Assembly: GCA_947259765.1 (NCBI GenBank)
Contig: CAMYNG010000001.1
Span: 30,219 to 94,218, forward strand
Direction of reading: 5' to 3'
Source of the DNA: an uncultured Ectothiorhodospiraceae bacterium
Lineage (GTDB): Bacteria; Pseudomonadota; Gammaproteobacteria; CAMYNG01
Length of the DNA stretch: 64,000 bases
Below the pieces are notes generated by a model, which was given only the letters and a program-made list of their open reading frames with translations, was not told the origin of the DNA and did not search any database. This document shows positions 20,760 through 30,528 of this stretch, one piece after another. Made by a program: the position numbers and the translations under genes. The first letter of the stretch is position 1; every line of letters starts with the position of its first letter.

Positions 20760-21152
20760 ATGGCGAAAACCAGTACAAAATACAATATATTTTCGGCATC
20801 TTCCGCGTTCGTAATTTGGGGAGCTTGGGCCTATTACATCAATTCAATTGAAAACAAATTAACCGGGTTGATATCCGGATTAACGCAGGGTATCGCAAGC
20901 TTCACTATTACTTTGATCGTAGTGTTAGCCGTCACAAGAATATACAACGCCCTTTCCGATAATTTCCTGAGAATAGTCATACCGGCAATAATAACCGTTA
21001 GTTGTATTGGTGTTTTTTTGGTTATAGCTCATTCCGTTGTGGGGACACCTCGCATATTCTTTACCATAGCCCCATCCCTTTCTGTGGCATTTATATTTTG
21101 TGTCTTTACCGCGTATAAACTAGGGCAAAATGAAAGTTCTTCGCAGGCTTAA
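20760..21152 (+). CDS. Hypothetical four-TM membrane protein (AT-rich gene)
   Basis: The ATG is at 20760 and the ORF is open from a TTG at 20754. It has four hydrophobic helices and no recognised family. The sequence is visibly AT-richer than its flanks. Confidence 0.5.
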   Translation: MAKTSTKYNIFSASSAFVIWGAWAYYINSIENKLTGLISGLTQGIASFTITLIVVLAVTRIYNALSDNFLRIVIPAIITVSCIGVFLVIAHSVVGTPRIFFTIAPSLSVAFIFCVFTAYKLGQNESSSQA

Positions 21153-21201
21153 AACAACTATTGACAACAGGTGACTTGAGGTAGCGGTCTAGAAATTCAG
21201 C

Positions 21202-21483
21202 ATGAAATTATTAATTACAATTGCTTTTTATTTGATATATGCGTTTCTATTTTTTGTTTCCTATATGGGCATCATAGGCGCAGCAATGAATCGTGACAGG
21301 AGTTATATCGCGAGTTTTGGCTTTTTTTTGTTTTTGGCAGTATTAATATTGTCGCCGGTTCTTTTGCTATTTCTTTATAAAAAAAGTAGCAAAAAAGTTA
21401 TAGCTTTCGCGGGTAGCATACCACTGGTGATTTACATCCCTTTCCTGGTGTATCACATCAGTACTCATGAGATATACTTCTAA
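21202..21483 (+). CDS. Hypothetical three-TM membrane protein (AT-rich gene)
   Basis: This is a 93-aa ORF with three hydrophobic helices and a KKSSKK loop. It lies on the same strand and has the same composition as the preceding gene. Confidence 0.45.
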   Translation: MKLLITIAFYLIYAFLFFVSYMGIIGAAMNRDRSYIASFGFFLFLAVLILSPVLLLFLYKKSSKKVIAFAGSIPLVIYIPFLVYHISTHEIYF

Positions 21484-21620
21484 CAAGTGGTGTATCACGC
21501 CTAAATTCGTTTCAATTCGGACCTGCCCAGCCGGCTACGTTTTTGATCCATTGGTCAATACACTCGTTGTGGGTGCGTTGCCGGCAGAAATTCTGCGTCG
21601 GCATTGGGGTGCTGATACGA

Positions 21621-23327
21621 CTATTGCTGTGCAGCCGCCTGATTGCTGACGATCATCTTGTTAGCGACTTCCACGATCACCTTGAAGTTATTCGCAACGA
21701 TGTCGTTTTCACTTAGGATGTGGCTTTGAACCAATGCGTAACGTTGGTCAGGGGAGTCGAAAAATTGCTTCAGTTGGCCATGACTCCATAACATGGAGGA
21801 GTTACGCCGGGTATAAAAGTGACCTGAATCCAGAAGCTGCCCATACATAATCATTTTTTCTCCATCGTCGAGCATCGAATCCAATTGCAAGCTGATTTCC
21901 TTTGCGCCTTTGTATGGGTTGGCGTCCGGGACCATCGAAAAAATTACGAAAAATATTAACACTGGTGATGTTGCCGCGAGCGATCCAATTGCTGCACGAT
22001 ACTTGCGAAGAACAATAAGTGCTAGCGTGGTAAATATTAATATGCTGAACAAACCGGTGAAAATCTCAAGCTCACGCCATACGATGCCGGCGCTGTTACT
22101 CCAGTTTTCAGGAGGTCCACTTGAAATCGCATAAACAGAAAAAATGGCAATCGGAATCAGCCAGCATACAATTCCAATGATAAGTCCACGCCGTCCTAAG
22201 GTGGTTGGTGTACGAAGAAACTCAGATAGATATCGACCGATTAATAATGCTGCCGCGGGAAAAACCGGTAGCAAGTAAGTGCTGAGCTTTGAAGTCGCAG
22301 CGGAAAAGAAAACGAAAATGCTGACTATCCAAATGATCAAGAATAGAGATAGGCCTTTTACTCGCTCATGGTCTAGGCGCCATGCACGCAAAACAGCCTG
22401 TGGTAACACCGCGCTCCATAGCAACAATCCGCCTACGAGCACATGAAAATAGTAATAAAACGGCTCAACGTGACGTGGTTTGGTGATTCCTTCGCCGCCG
22501 ATGAAATTTCCGAAGTGTTGTGTCACGATGAAGTATTTCAGATAGCCTTCATTCGCCCTTTCCATCAATACGAACCAGGGTGTCACGATAACCAGCACGA
22601 TAATCACACCTGGAAGGATTTGCATCTCGCGCACCAATCCCATGCGCCGAGTTAATAACAAATAAAGCCCAATCACCATTCCGGGGAGCACCAGGCCCAA
22701 TAGACCCTTGGTCAGGATCGCCAGTCCTACAGCCATATAGAACATGAAAAAATATCGCCGCCGGTACCGTTCATCAAGCACACCGGAGGCGAAGCTAAAC
22801 AGCGCCAGGGTTGTGAAAAAGGTAAACGGAATATCGTACTGCACGACCCGTGAGACAATGATGAATCCCAGTGATGTCGCGAGTACCAGCCCGGCCAGAA
22901 ACCCAACCGACTCGCCATACATTTTTCGGCCCAGTTGCCAGGTCAGCATCACGCAGCCAAGACCAGCAAGCGCGGCCGGGACCCTGGCCGCGAATTCGGA
23001 AAATCCGAAGATGAGAAACGAAAGGGCGTTTAGCCAGTTAAAGAGCGCCGGTTTGTCCAAGAACGCCTCACCGTTAAACATAGGGGTGACCCAGTCACCA
23101 CTCAGCACCATGGTTTGCGCTATCGCCGCGTGCATTCCCTCATCGATATCCCACAGGTCTCGCGCCCCAAGAAAAGCAAAAAATATCAAACCGCTGATCG
23201 CGATCAGGGCCGCAAGGTGTATGGGGGGAAATTTAATTGGTGGCACCGGGTACTCCGTATGGCCGGGATGGGTCATAACCGCCGGCAACCCGGCTGCTCG
23301 GCGCCAATAATACGTTATTCGAATCAC
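21621..23327 (-). CDS. GT-C fold glycosyltransferase, family 39 / ArnT-PMT_2-like
   Basis: The protein has ~12 TM segments. Its first periplasmic loop, GARDLWDIDEGMHAAIAQTM...FLDKPALFNWL, resembles the ArnT/PMT acidic motif. The start is uncertain; an alternative ATG is at 23276. Confidence 0.85.
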   Translation of the reverse strand: MIRITYYWRRAAGLPAVMTHPGHTEYPVPPIKFPPIHLAALIAISGLIFFAFLGARDLWDIDEGMHAAIAQTMVLSGDWVTPMFNGEAFLDKPALFNWLNALSFLIFGFSEFAARVPAALAGLGCVMLTWQLGRKMYGESVGFLAGLVLATSLGFIIVSRVVQYDIPFTFFTTLALFSFASGVLDERYRRRYFFMFYMAVGLAILTKGLLGLVLPGMVIGLYLLLTRRMGLVREMQILPGVIIVLVIVTPWFVLMERANEGYLKYFIVTQHFGNFIGGEGITKPRHVEPFYYYFHVLVGGLLLWSAVLPQAVLRAWRLDHERVKGLSLFLIIWIVSIFVFFSAATSKLSTYLLPVFPAAALLIGRYLSEFLRTPTTLGRRGLIIGIVCWLIPIAIFSVYAISSGPPENWSNSAGIVWRELEIFTGLFSILIFTTLALIVLRKYRAAIGSLAATSPVLIFFVIFSMVPDANPYKGAKEISLQLDSMLDDGEKMIMYGQLLDSGHFYTRRNSSMLWSHGQLKQFFDSPDQRYALVQSHILSENDIVANNFKVIVEVANKMIVSNQAAAQQ

Positions 23328-23482
23328 CTACGGGAAGGGCGGTTGAGGTTGGTTCAAGGCTTATCGACACCCGGTTCAAAGATAGGTTTGCCGTGCTAAG
23401 TGGTTGCCAGGAGTCGTGGGCGCCGAGGAAATTGATGCTACTGAACGTTGTGATTGCTTCTGTGGCCTGCGAAAATCAATAA

Positions 23483-24991
23483 ATGTCCACACAATTCCAA
23501 CCCACCGATCAGACTGGACACGTCAGTCGACGATTACCCGACCTACCGCCAGACTTTCTGGCCTGGCAGCGTGTGCCTGTATACGTTGGAACGGGCGACA
23601 CCCGATCGCTGGTTGCCTGCCCGGATACGATTAAAGAGTGCCAGGAAATCATGTCATTTTGCCACAAGCATGGTCTCAGTATTTGCCCGAGAGGGAGTGG
23701 CCGCAGCTACGGCGATGCCATTCTAAATGACCAGAATGTGATCCTGGACATGAGCAACATGAACCGGGTTATTGAGGTTGATGGTGAAAGCGGTACGGTT
23801 ACGGTCGAACCCGGCGTGCGATTGGTCGACGTCTATGAGCAAGTACACCACCTCGGCTGGACCATCCCGGCCAGTCCAACTGACTCAACAATCAGCGTCG
23901 GCGGCGCTCTCGCGGCCAACGTTAATGGCAAGGATTCCTGGCGCGTTGGAAACTTCGGTGATCAGTTAATACAGCTTAAAGTCATGACCGCGGACGGCGA
24001 AGTAATCAGTATCGACCGGCAAAATAATGAACCGCTTTTTATGGCAGTGATCGGAAGTATGGGACTTCTCGCGTTGGTTGTTGAAGTTAAAATACGTCTC
24101 ATGAAGATTCCCTCCCCCTATCTCGAGATCCAAATTACAGCGGCGGCCAATGTCGATGACCTTATCAATAAACTCGATCACATCAAGGAACACAATGATT
24201 TCCTGGTAGTCTGGGTTGACGCCTACGCCAAAGGTGACAAGCTGGGTCGTTCAGTTATTCATGCGACGCGTTGGTCGGACCAAACTCAAGATCCGGCGAC
24301 CGTCCAGGCAGACATTGCAAAAAGTGTGGCATCACTGGCGAACCAGAAAAATCGCGCAATGATGGCTTACAAGGTTCTTCGTCCGTTTATAAATTTAGGC
24401 TTTCACTTACAGCAACTTCCGATTCGGCTGTTCAATTCTTTTTACTATCATTTAAACGATCGCCAGAAGCCGGTGAAAGAGAAAGCCGAGCGCCAGATGT
24501 TTCTTGAGCACAACTTTGACAAAAGCTACACGGTACCACCGCCAGATATTCTCTGTGGGCCACACGGCTACACTGTACAGATCACCGTACCGCGCAGTGT
24601 GGCCAAAGAGGCGATGACTGAAATGTTGCAGCTCTGCCAGTCGATACCCTGTCCACCGGCGACGACCATTCTGCGCCTGCATCGCAAGGACGAGCATGTT
24701 ATTTCATTTTCCGAAGACGGCTTCAGCCTCAATGTCGAATTTCATCCGAAGAAAAGGCATGCACGCGCGATGGCTACGTTCATGGAAAATCTGATTGAAT
24801 GCGGCATTAAATACGGCAGCCGGGTGCATTTACCCAAGGATATGACCTTAACGGCTGATCAATTTCAACGCCTGTACCCAAGGCACAAGGAATTTATGGA
24901 GTTGAAACAGGAATGGGATCCCGATAATCTTTTTCAGTCGGATATGTATAGACGGCTTTTTGTTACAGATAAAGCCAGCAGCCCGCAATAA
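23483..24991 (+). CDS. FAD-binding oxidase (FAD_binding_4 N-domain with an ALO/DprE1-like C-terminus)
   Basis: The N-domain has GSGRSYGD and ISVGGALAANVNGKD. The C-terminal ending KEFMELKQEWDPDNLFQSDMYRRL is typical of the vanillyl-alcohol-oxidase/ALO/DprE1 group. Confidence 0.85.
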   Translation: MSTQFQPTDQTGHVSRRLPDLPPDFLAWQRVPVYVGTGDTRSLVACPDTIKECQEIMSFCHKHGLSICPRGSGRSYGDAILNDQNVILDMSNMNRVIEVDGESGTVTVEPGVRLVDVYEQVHHLGWTIPASPTDSTISVGGALAANVNGKDSWRVGNFGDQLIQLKVMTADGEVISIDRQNNEPLFMAVIGSMGLLALVVEVKIRLMKIPSPYLEIQITAAANVDDLINKLDHIKEHNDFLVVWVDAYAKGDKLGRSVIHATRWSDQTQDPATVQADIAKSVASLANQKNRAMMAYKVLRPFINLGFHLQQLPIRLFNSFYYHLNDRQKPVKEKAERQMFLEHNFDKSYTVPPPDILCGPHGYTVQITVPRSVAKEAMTEMLQLCQSIPCPPATTILRLHRKDEHVISFSEDGFSLNVEFHPKKRHARAMATFMENLIECGIKYGSRVHLPKDMTLTADQFQRLYPRHKEFMELKQEWDPDNLFQSDMYRRLFVTDKASSPQ

Positions 24992-25001
24992 CTTTCAACA
25001 A

Positions 25002-26315
25002 CTACAGCACTTTTTGGATCTTATCAGCAAGCCTGTCAATCTCGCCCAGTGAAAGATGTGGGTGCGCAGGAATATGCAGCACCTCTTTCTCTGCACGCAC
25101 TGCATTCGGAAAATCTCCCGCACCTTCAAACATGCGCGAACAATCACGCATATACAGATGCTTGGTATCGATGCCGGCACGCAGCAGGCGGTCAGCGAAC
25201 GATTTAAGCTCGGGCGTTAGTACCGTCACCAGCATAAAGTTTGAGTAAACGTTGTCACTGGCCGGCTTTTGAAAATGTAGTTGTCCGCCAAGCCGATCGA
25301 TCAGTCGCTCGGCATTCCGTTTACGGTTAGCAACGAGGTCGCCCACTGTTTTCATGCCGCGCAGGCCAAGGCGTGCCTGATAGTTTGTATAACGGCCCAT
25401 CTTGCCGGTCATCGAGACCTCGTCGCCGTGATAACCGGACGCAAAGCGATCTTCCTCGCCCTTCGGCATGAGACGTAACGCCTGATAAACGCCCAAATTA
25501 AAGAGCACGGGATTGGTCACAAGTGATTCAAAGCTGGTTTTCGAGAGTCGCTTAACTAACCACTTATTATTGTTTTGCTTGCCCTCTCTGGCGGCCGTAC
25601 GCAGACGTTCACCTAACTCTTTGTCATTGACCGTAACCATGCCGCCACCCATGGTGTTGATAACTTTCGAAGTCTCAAAGCTAAAGCAGCCAGCATTACC
25701 AAAGGTGCCAACTTTTTTCTCGTTTACCGCGGCACCATAACAATGCGCGCAGTCTTCGATTAATGCTGCGCCGTGTGCTTTAGTGATTTCCGCGATTTTG
25801 TCGATCTGACACGGCACGCCATACAGGTGGGTTGCGATGACCGCGGCGGTCTTGTCTGAAATGGTGTCTTTAAGTTTCTCGGGATCCATTCCAAGCGTGT
25901 GTGTCTCGCAGTCTACGAATTTGAGGTCGTAACCCAGTGACTTAACGAGAAAGGGCACAATTGGATAACCAAACGCGGAGCAAATTATTTCCGCACCGGG
26001 TTCGAGCTGCAGACCGTCAAAAAGAAGTTTGAACCCGCCCCGTCCCGAAGGTACGGACACCGCGTCAGTCGCACCGATGTAATCCGCAAACGCCTTTTCG
26101 AATTCCGTGATCTGTGGGCCATCCCATAGATCGCCGCGTAGCAGGCTTGTCAACGCAGTACGCCATGCGCCTTGCGGCAGGTGTATTCTTTGTCTTGCTA
26201 TGGCCAAAAGAGTGCTCGCATGTTGGTGCAATTCTGGCGCAATGTACGTAATTGCTGCCGACCTTGCAACAACAGCCGAAGTTAAGCTGGCGCATGATCG
26301 CAGACTGATTGACAT
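25002..26315 (-). CDS. DegT/DnrJ/EryC1/StrS-family sugar aminotransferase
   Basis: Family blocks are present: AVSVPSGRGGFKL, ATHLYGVPCQIDKI, LIEDCAHCYGA, and the PLP lysine in CFSFETSKVINTMGGG. The ORF is open to 26429, and the ATG at 26315 is preferred because it avoids overlapping the divergent gene. Confidence 0.85.
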   Translation of the reverse strand: MSISLRSCASLTSAVVARSAAITYIAPELHQHASTLLAIARQRIHLPQGAWRTALTSLLRGDLWDGPQITEFEKAFADYIGATDAVSVPSGRGGFKLLFDGLQLEPGAEIICSAFGYPIVPFLVKSLGYDLKFVDCETHTLGMDPEKLKDTISDKTAAVIATHLYGVPCQIDKIAEITKAHGAALIEDCAHCYGAAVNEKKVGTFGNAGCFSFETSKVINTMGGGMVTVNDKELGERLRTAAREGKQNNNKWLVKRLSKTSFESLVTNPVLFNLGVYQALRLMPKGEEDRFASGYHGDEVSMTGKMGRYTNYQARLGLRGMKTVGDLVANRKRNAERLIDRLGGQLHFQKPASDNVYSNFMLVTVLTPELKSFADRLLRAGIDTKHLYMRDCSRMFEGAGDFPNAVRAEKEVLHIPAHPHLSLGEIDRLADKIQKVL

Positions 26316-26398
26316 CTTGCGGGTGCGCCAATTAGCATCCCAGCCAATACTTGAGCCGCAGACACCGTCGTTCGTCGCAGGCACGCCAGGATAGACAC

Positions 26399-27340
26399 AT
26401 GCCCAGCCACAAAATAATGGACTACGCACGCCTGTTGGCGCTGGTCATTTTGCTGCTTGTCACGGCCGTAGGTATCTACAAATTTGCGACCGGCGACTGG
26501 ACCGATGTTATTCAGTACTGGCGCGAACATCTGGCAGTCATTCCCTTGTTGATCGGCTTCTCCATTCTTGATGTGGCGCTCGAATCGGTCGCCTGGATGT
26601 GGTCATACGGACGCCTGAAGATTCGTGCATTTGACCGTGAGGGCGCGATTGTCTTTCTGGCGGGCCGTGCCGGACTCTTAATGCCGGCGCAGTTGGGGCG
26701 GTTGATCAGACCGGATGCGATGAAGCGACTTGGCCGTGCCTCCATGACCGACTGCCTTAAGGCCGAGGCCGTGATGTTCGTGCTGGATGGTATTTCGGTT
26801 TTGGCGCTACTGGCGGGGCTGTTGGTCTTTAAAATTTATCCTTGGCTTGCAGTGCCGGCTGTGGTCGTGGCCGTTGTCGTAATGGTTTATCCCGGCGACA
26901 AACTGGCCGAGTTACTGGCACACACACGGCTCAATTTCCCGGCCAAATTCTGGTGGAGCTGGTCTACAATGGGCATCGTTGCGTTGCACCTTACCGGCTG
27001 GGTCGCGCATGGACTCGCACTATACGTGGTCGTGGACGGCTTGCCCGGCGCAATGACGTTATGGGATTCATTATTTTTCGCACCGGGTGCAGCGCTCGTT
27101 GGAACCGGCACGGGATTACCGGGTGGCATCGGTGCGACCGAAGGCGTACTGGGTGCATCACTCAGCTTTCGTAGTGTGCCGGCCGAGCAACTGGTGATTG
27201 TCGTCGCCGCATTTCGGCTCATTACCTTTTGGGTATGGATACCGATTGGTTGGCTGGCATTGCTGGCGCTCAGGCGCCGCCGTGTGGCGATTAGTACTGC
27301 TGGTTTGGGCAGCGATGAGCCGTCTGAAAAACCTGACTGA
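26399..27340 (+). CDS. UPF0104 / LPG_synthase_TM (MprF flippase-like) membrane protein
   Basis: The protein has ~8 TM helices. The Arg-rich loop and Gly-rich C-terminal helices (GTGTGLPGGIGATEGVLG) are characteristic of the flippase-like family. The start is uncertain (26351, 26399 or 26417). Confidence 0.7.
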   Translation: MPSHKIMDYARLLALVILLLVTAVGIYKFATGDWTDVIQYWREHLAVIPLLIGFSILDVALESVAWMWSYGRLKIRAFDREGAIVFLAGRAGLLMPAQLGRLIRPDAMKRLGRASMTDCLKAEAVMFVLDGISVLALLAGLLVFKIYPWLAVPAVVVAVVVMVYPGDKLAELLAHTRLNFPAKFWWSWSTMGIVALHLTGWVAHGLALYVVVDGLPGAMTLWDSLFFAPGAALVGTGTGLPGGIGATEGVLGASLSFRSVPAEQLVIVVAAFRLITFWVWIPIGWLALLALRRRRVAISTAGLGSDEPSEKPD

Positions 27341-27379
27341 CCGGCGGACGATCCCGCAGTACATTTAGGAGATCATCGT

Positions 27380-28510
27380 TTGACATCGCGATACCCGTTT
27401 GCGGTTATCAAGGAAAAGTTACACGCCCGGCGCGGTCAGGTAACCGATTTCGCGATTGGCGCACGGCGCCTCAAACTACCTGGCGAGTTGTCCGCAATAC
27501 TGTCAGACAAGCCTGAACTCGCATTGCGCGCGGCGAGTCCTGAGGCAGTCAAGGATTTCAAGGCGGCCGCGATTACGATGCTGCAGCACGAGTTCGGCGT
27601 GACCGTCGAACCCGAGCAGATCGTGCCAATACCGGGTGGACGGGTAGCAATGACGGCGACCGCCGCCTGCATGCTGCAGCCCGGTGACGCGGTGTTGGTC
27701 ACCGAACCCGGCTATCCAGCATTCGCCCGCCTGGCGGCCCATTGGCACGCGAGTGTATACCCTGTGGCGCTCGATCCGGAGCAAGGGTTCGCGCCGGATC
27801 TTTCGAGCCTCACGGCACAGCAACTCGCGGCCCTGCGCATATACGCATTAAACTATCCGAACAATCCGAGCGGCGGAATTCTTTCATCCGCAGCGCGCAG
27901 CGCAATTCAGGACGCGGCGGCCAGCTCAAACGCCGTAATATTTAACGACAATATTTACGGCCCGTTAAGTTACCAAAGTCGGCCGTTTTCATTTCTGGCG
28001 GAGGCTAGCGCAGCGGAAGTGATTGAGCTGCACGCGCTAACCAAGCTCTATCCCCTCGGGCCACAGGGCGCGTCTTTTCTAACCGGCTCGGTAGATACGA
28101 TACATAAAATTTCCATCTACAGCGAATTGGCCTGGGCACCCATGAGCGAACTGGAAATACAGGCAACAAGCTGGTGTTTTCGTGATGAAACCGGACGAGG
28201 ACAAATCAAGGCGCTATTTGAAGCGCAACTCGACGCGTTGCTCAAGACATTGCAGACGATAGGATTCGAACCGTATCCGGTTCAGGGTGGCATTTATGTG
28301 TTGTGCAAAGTGCCAAATTCAATCGCGGGCAAGACAATATCGTCGGCCGGAGAGGCCGCGCTCTTGTTAATGGACGAATTCGACCTGGCCGTTGTGCCCT
28401 TTGAGTCGCCAACCCAGCACTATCTTCGCTTTACATCCATGTATAGAGCGGAAGACCTCGAACGTTTGCAAGGCCTCGCGGCTGAGCTGCGGCCCAATCA
28501 ACCTATCTGA
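27380..28510 (+). CDS. Class I/II PLP-dependent aminotransferase
   Basis: It has a TTG start. Fold-type I blocks are present (YPNNPSG, IFNDNIY, and the PLP-Lys region HALTKLYPLGPQGASF). The substrate is unknown. Confidence 0.8.
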   Translation: MTSRYPFAVIKEKLHARRGQVTDFAIGARRLKLPGELSAILSDKPELALRAASPEAVKDFKAAAITMLQHEFGVTVEPEQIVPIPGGRVAMTATAACMLQPGDAVLVTEPGYPAFARLAAHWHASVYPVALDPEQGFAPDLSSLTAQQLAALRIYALNYPNNPSGGILSSAARSAIQDAAASSNAVIFNDNIYGPLSYQSRPFSFLAEASAAEVIELHALTKLYPLGPQGASFLTGSVDTIHKISIYSELAWAPMSELEIQATSWCFRDETGRGQIKALFEAQLDALLKTLQTIGFEPYPVQGGIYVLCKVPNSIAGKTISSAGEAALLLMDEFDLAVVPFESPTQHYLRFTSMYRAEDLERLQGLAAELRPNQPI

Positions 28511-29784
28511 GTGCGTGATGCCGTAGCGGCTTCTGAAAAAGACGAAACACCAGTGGGCTTCTCACCGGCTTTGCGCCGGTCGTATTCACGCACGACGGTA
28601 TCGAAGACTTCATCGACAGTGATCCTCTGCATACAGACGTTATTAGTACAGGTGGAAATGCGTTGATTAAATGCGTTAACGCAGGGACTGCATGCCAGGC
28701 CGGCCCAGATGATGTGACTGCGCGGAGATTGCGATCCAAAAACACCGGGATTCTCGGGTCCAAATAAGGTAATGACATCGATCGGCGTGATGCTGGCGTA
28801 ATGTGCCGGGCCCGAGTCGTTGGTCACCATGATCTCGGATATGCCGTAAAGCACCAGCAACTGCCGTAAAGTTGTTTTGCCACCCAGGCTAATGCAGCGG
28901 CTTGAGTTAACCTGTGTCTTAAGTTCCCACGCGTCTTTGGCCTCATCGGGACCGCCGGTAAAGGCGATGGCAATATCCGGGTAATGCTCCAGCAAGCGCT
29001 TTGCCAGCTCAACGTAACGATCTTGCGACCACGTCCGCAGCGGCAGCAGGTCACCCGAGTTGGCGTTTAACAGGATCAATGGCGGAATGGTCTCGCAATC
29101 GAGCGAGTTTTTAACGATCGCTTTAACTTCGGGACCTTCCTCCGGCGCGGGTGAAAAACTCGGCGTGACATGGTCGGTGGTGGGCAGCAGGTCGATTGTG
29201 GGTAACTGCTCGCGAGGAAAGCCAAGTGCCTCGACCAGAACCCGATAAGTCTGGCTCGCATGCAGGGTGTAATTGTAGGCCAGTCGGTGCGTCATCAGGT
29301 CGCCACGATAGGCGGCTTCGCCGGCGAACGAATGAAAACCAACGCGTTGTTTAGCTCCACTTAAAAAAGTCAGCGTGCCTGAAAATCGAGAGAAGAACTC
29401 GAAGTCGATGGCAGCGTCGATTTTTTCTTTGTGCATTCGGGCAATGGCTTTGACCGTATCAATAGCGAACACCCACAGGCCGGTACTGCGAATGGTGATA
29501 ACATTTTCTTCCGGAATGAGATCGAGGACGTCAACGATAAAGCGGTTTTGTTGAAAAACAGCCATGAAAACGTTCTCTCGCCCCACCATATCGATGGCCC
29601 GCTGAATTGCAGGTTCCGCAACCACAGTGGCACCCTGTTCGACCAGTTTGACGAATAAAATGCGCTTTGGCGGCTCGCTGGGCACCTCTGTGAAGCGATC
29701 CTGGACTCGCCTGACGGCTGTAAGACCAATGGAGATCGGTGACCCGACCCACCGGTCCAAAAGGCGCATACTCTTGATTTTCAT
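28498..29784 (-). CDS. Glycosyltransferase family 9 (heptosyltransferase-like)
   Basis: The N-terminus matches GT9 (ILFVKLVEQGATVVAEP). C-terminal blocks are also present (GGKTTLRQLLVLYGISEIMVTNDSGPAHYA, CSPC). The ATG at 29784 is preferred over the ORF start at 29904. Confidence 0.8.
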   Translation of the reverse strand: MKIKSMRLLDRWVGSPISIGLTAVRRVQDRFTEVPSEPPKRILFVKLVEQGATVVAEPAIQRAIDMVGRENVFMAVFQQNRFIVDVLDLIPEENVITIRSTGLWVFAIDTVKAIARMHKEKIDAAIDFEFFSRFSGTLTFLSGAKQRVGFHSFAGEAAYRGDLMTHRLAYNYTLHASQTYRVLVEALGFPREQLPTIDLLPTTDHVTPSFSPAPEEGPEVKAIVKNSLDCETIPPLILLNANSGDLLPLRTWSQDRYVELAKRLLEHYPDIAIAFTGGPDEAKDAWELKTQVNSSRCISLGGKTTLRQLLVLYGISEIMVTNDSGPAHYASITPIDVITLFGPENPGVFGSQSPRSHIIWAGLACSPCVNAFNQRISTCTNNVCMQRITVDEVFDTVVREYDRRKAGEKPTGVSSFSEAATASRTQIG

Positions 29785-30084
29785 AATGTTTTCTCGAGAT
29801 ATATATCCGGTTTTAGGCGATATCCAGCAAACCGGCGAGTGTGTATAGAAAAGGATAAACGCGCCCTTTACTAAAATCCAGGGGAATTGCCTTAAGTAAA
29901 GCAATGCCGAAGGTCGCAGTTTCTGTCTGCGAATCTACAAAGCGCAAAAAGCGGGCCCGTTGCGGCGCTTTGCGACCCAACCGCCATTTAAAGCAGAATT
30001 ACGTTGCAGGCTTTGTTGATGAGCGTAAACAAAAAAGCCATAGTCTGCTTTCCGGTAGCGCCTAACAATAAAGAGAAACCACAC

Positions 30085-30495
30085 ATGCTGAATATTGAAG
30101 CCGTTAATCACATCGGCGTTCGTGTTAGTAATAAGTCCCGATCTGTAACTTTCTATGAAACCCTGGGCTTCGAGTTGCTGTCGGATCATGGATTTGAACA
30201 GGGTCATCCTATTGTGATGCGGCACCCAAGTGGCGTTGTCCTTAATTTGCTGGGTCTCGCAAAGGATAGTGTGGGCACCAATGTGCTGATGGATGTGCCT
30301 GAGCTCTATTCCGGATATACCCACATTGCACTTACCGTCGACTCACTGGCCTCGGCGAAAGAATTTTTGCAACACAACAAAATTGAGCAAACGGGCTCCT
30401 TTAGCTTTCAAGGAATGTCTGCAGTATTCTTCCGTGACCCGGACAAAAATGTAATTGAACTCGACGCCTATGATAGTGGTGAAAATGCTGGGTAA
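30085..30495 (+). CDS. VOC / glyoxalase-family protein
   Basis: MLNIEAVNHIGVRVSNKSRSVTFYETLGF and the later HIALTV...FFRDPDKNVIEL match the glyoxalase/bleomycin-resistance fold. The upstream part of the ORF, from 30004, is probably not translated. Confidence 0.8.
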   Translation: MLNIEAVNHIGVRVSNKSRSVTFYETLGFELLSDHGFEQGHPIVMRHPSGVVLNLLGLAKDSVGTNVLMDVPELYSGYTHIALTVDSLASAKEFLQHNKIEQTGSFSFQGMSAVFFRDPDKNVIELDAYDSGENAG

Positions 30496-30528
30496 GATGA
30501 CTTTAGTGACCATGCGTAAAAGTTAGTT

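Noticed and set aside
28262-28272. ggattcgaacc, the reverse complement of a tRNA T-loop consensus (GGTTCGAATCC).
   Set aside because: The flanking bases do not form a 5-bp T stem or an acceptor stem. The sequence also sits in-frame in the aminotransferase CDS (IGFEPYP).
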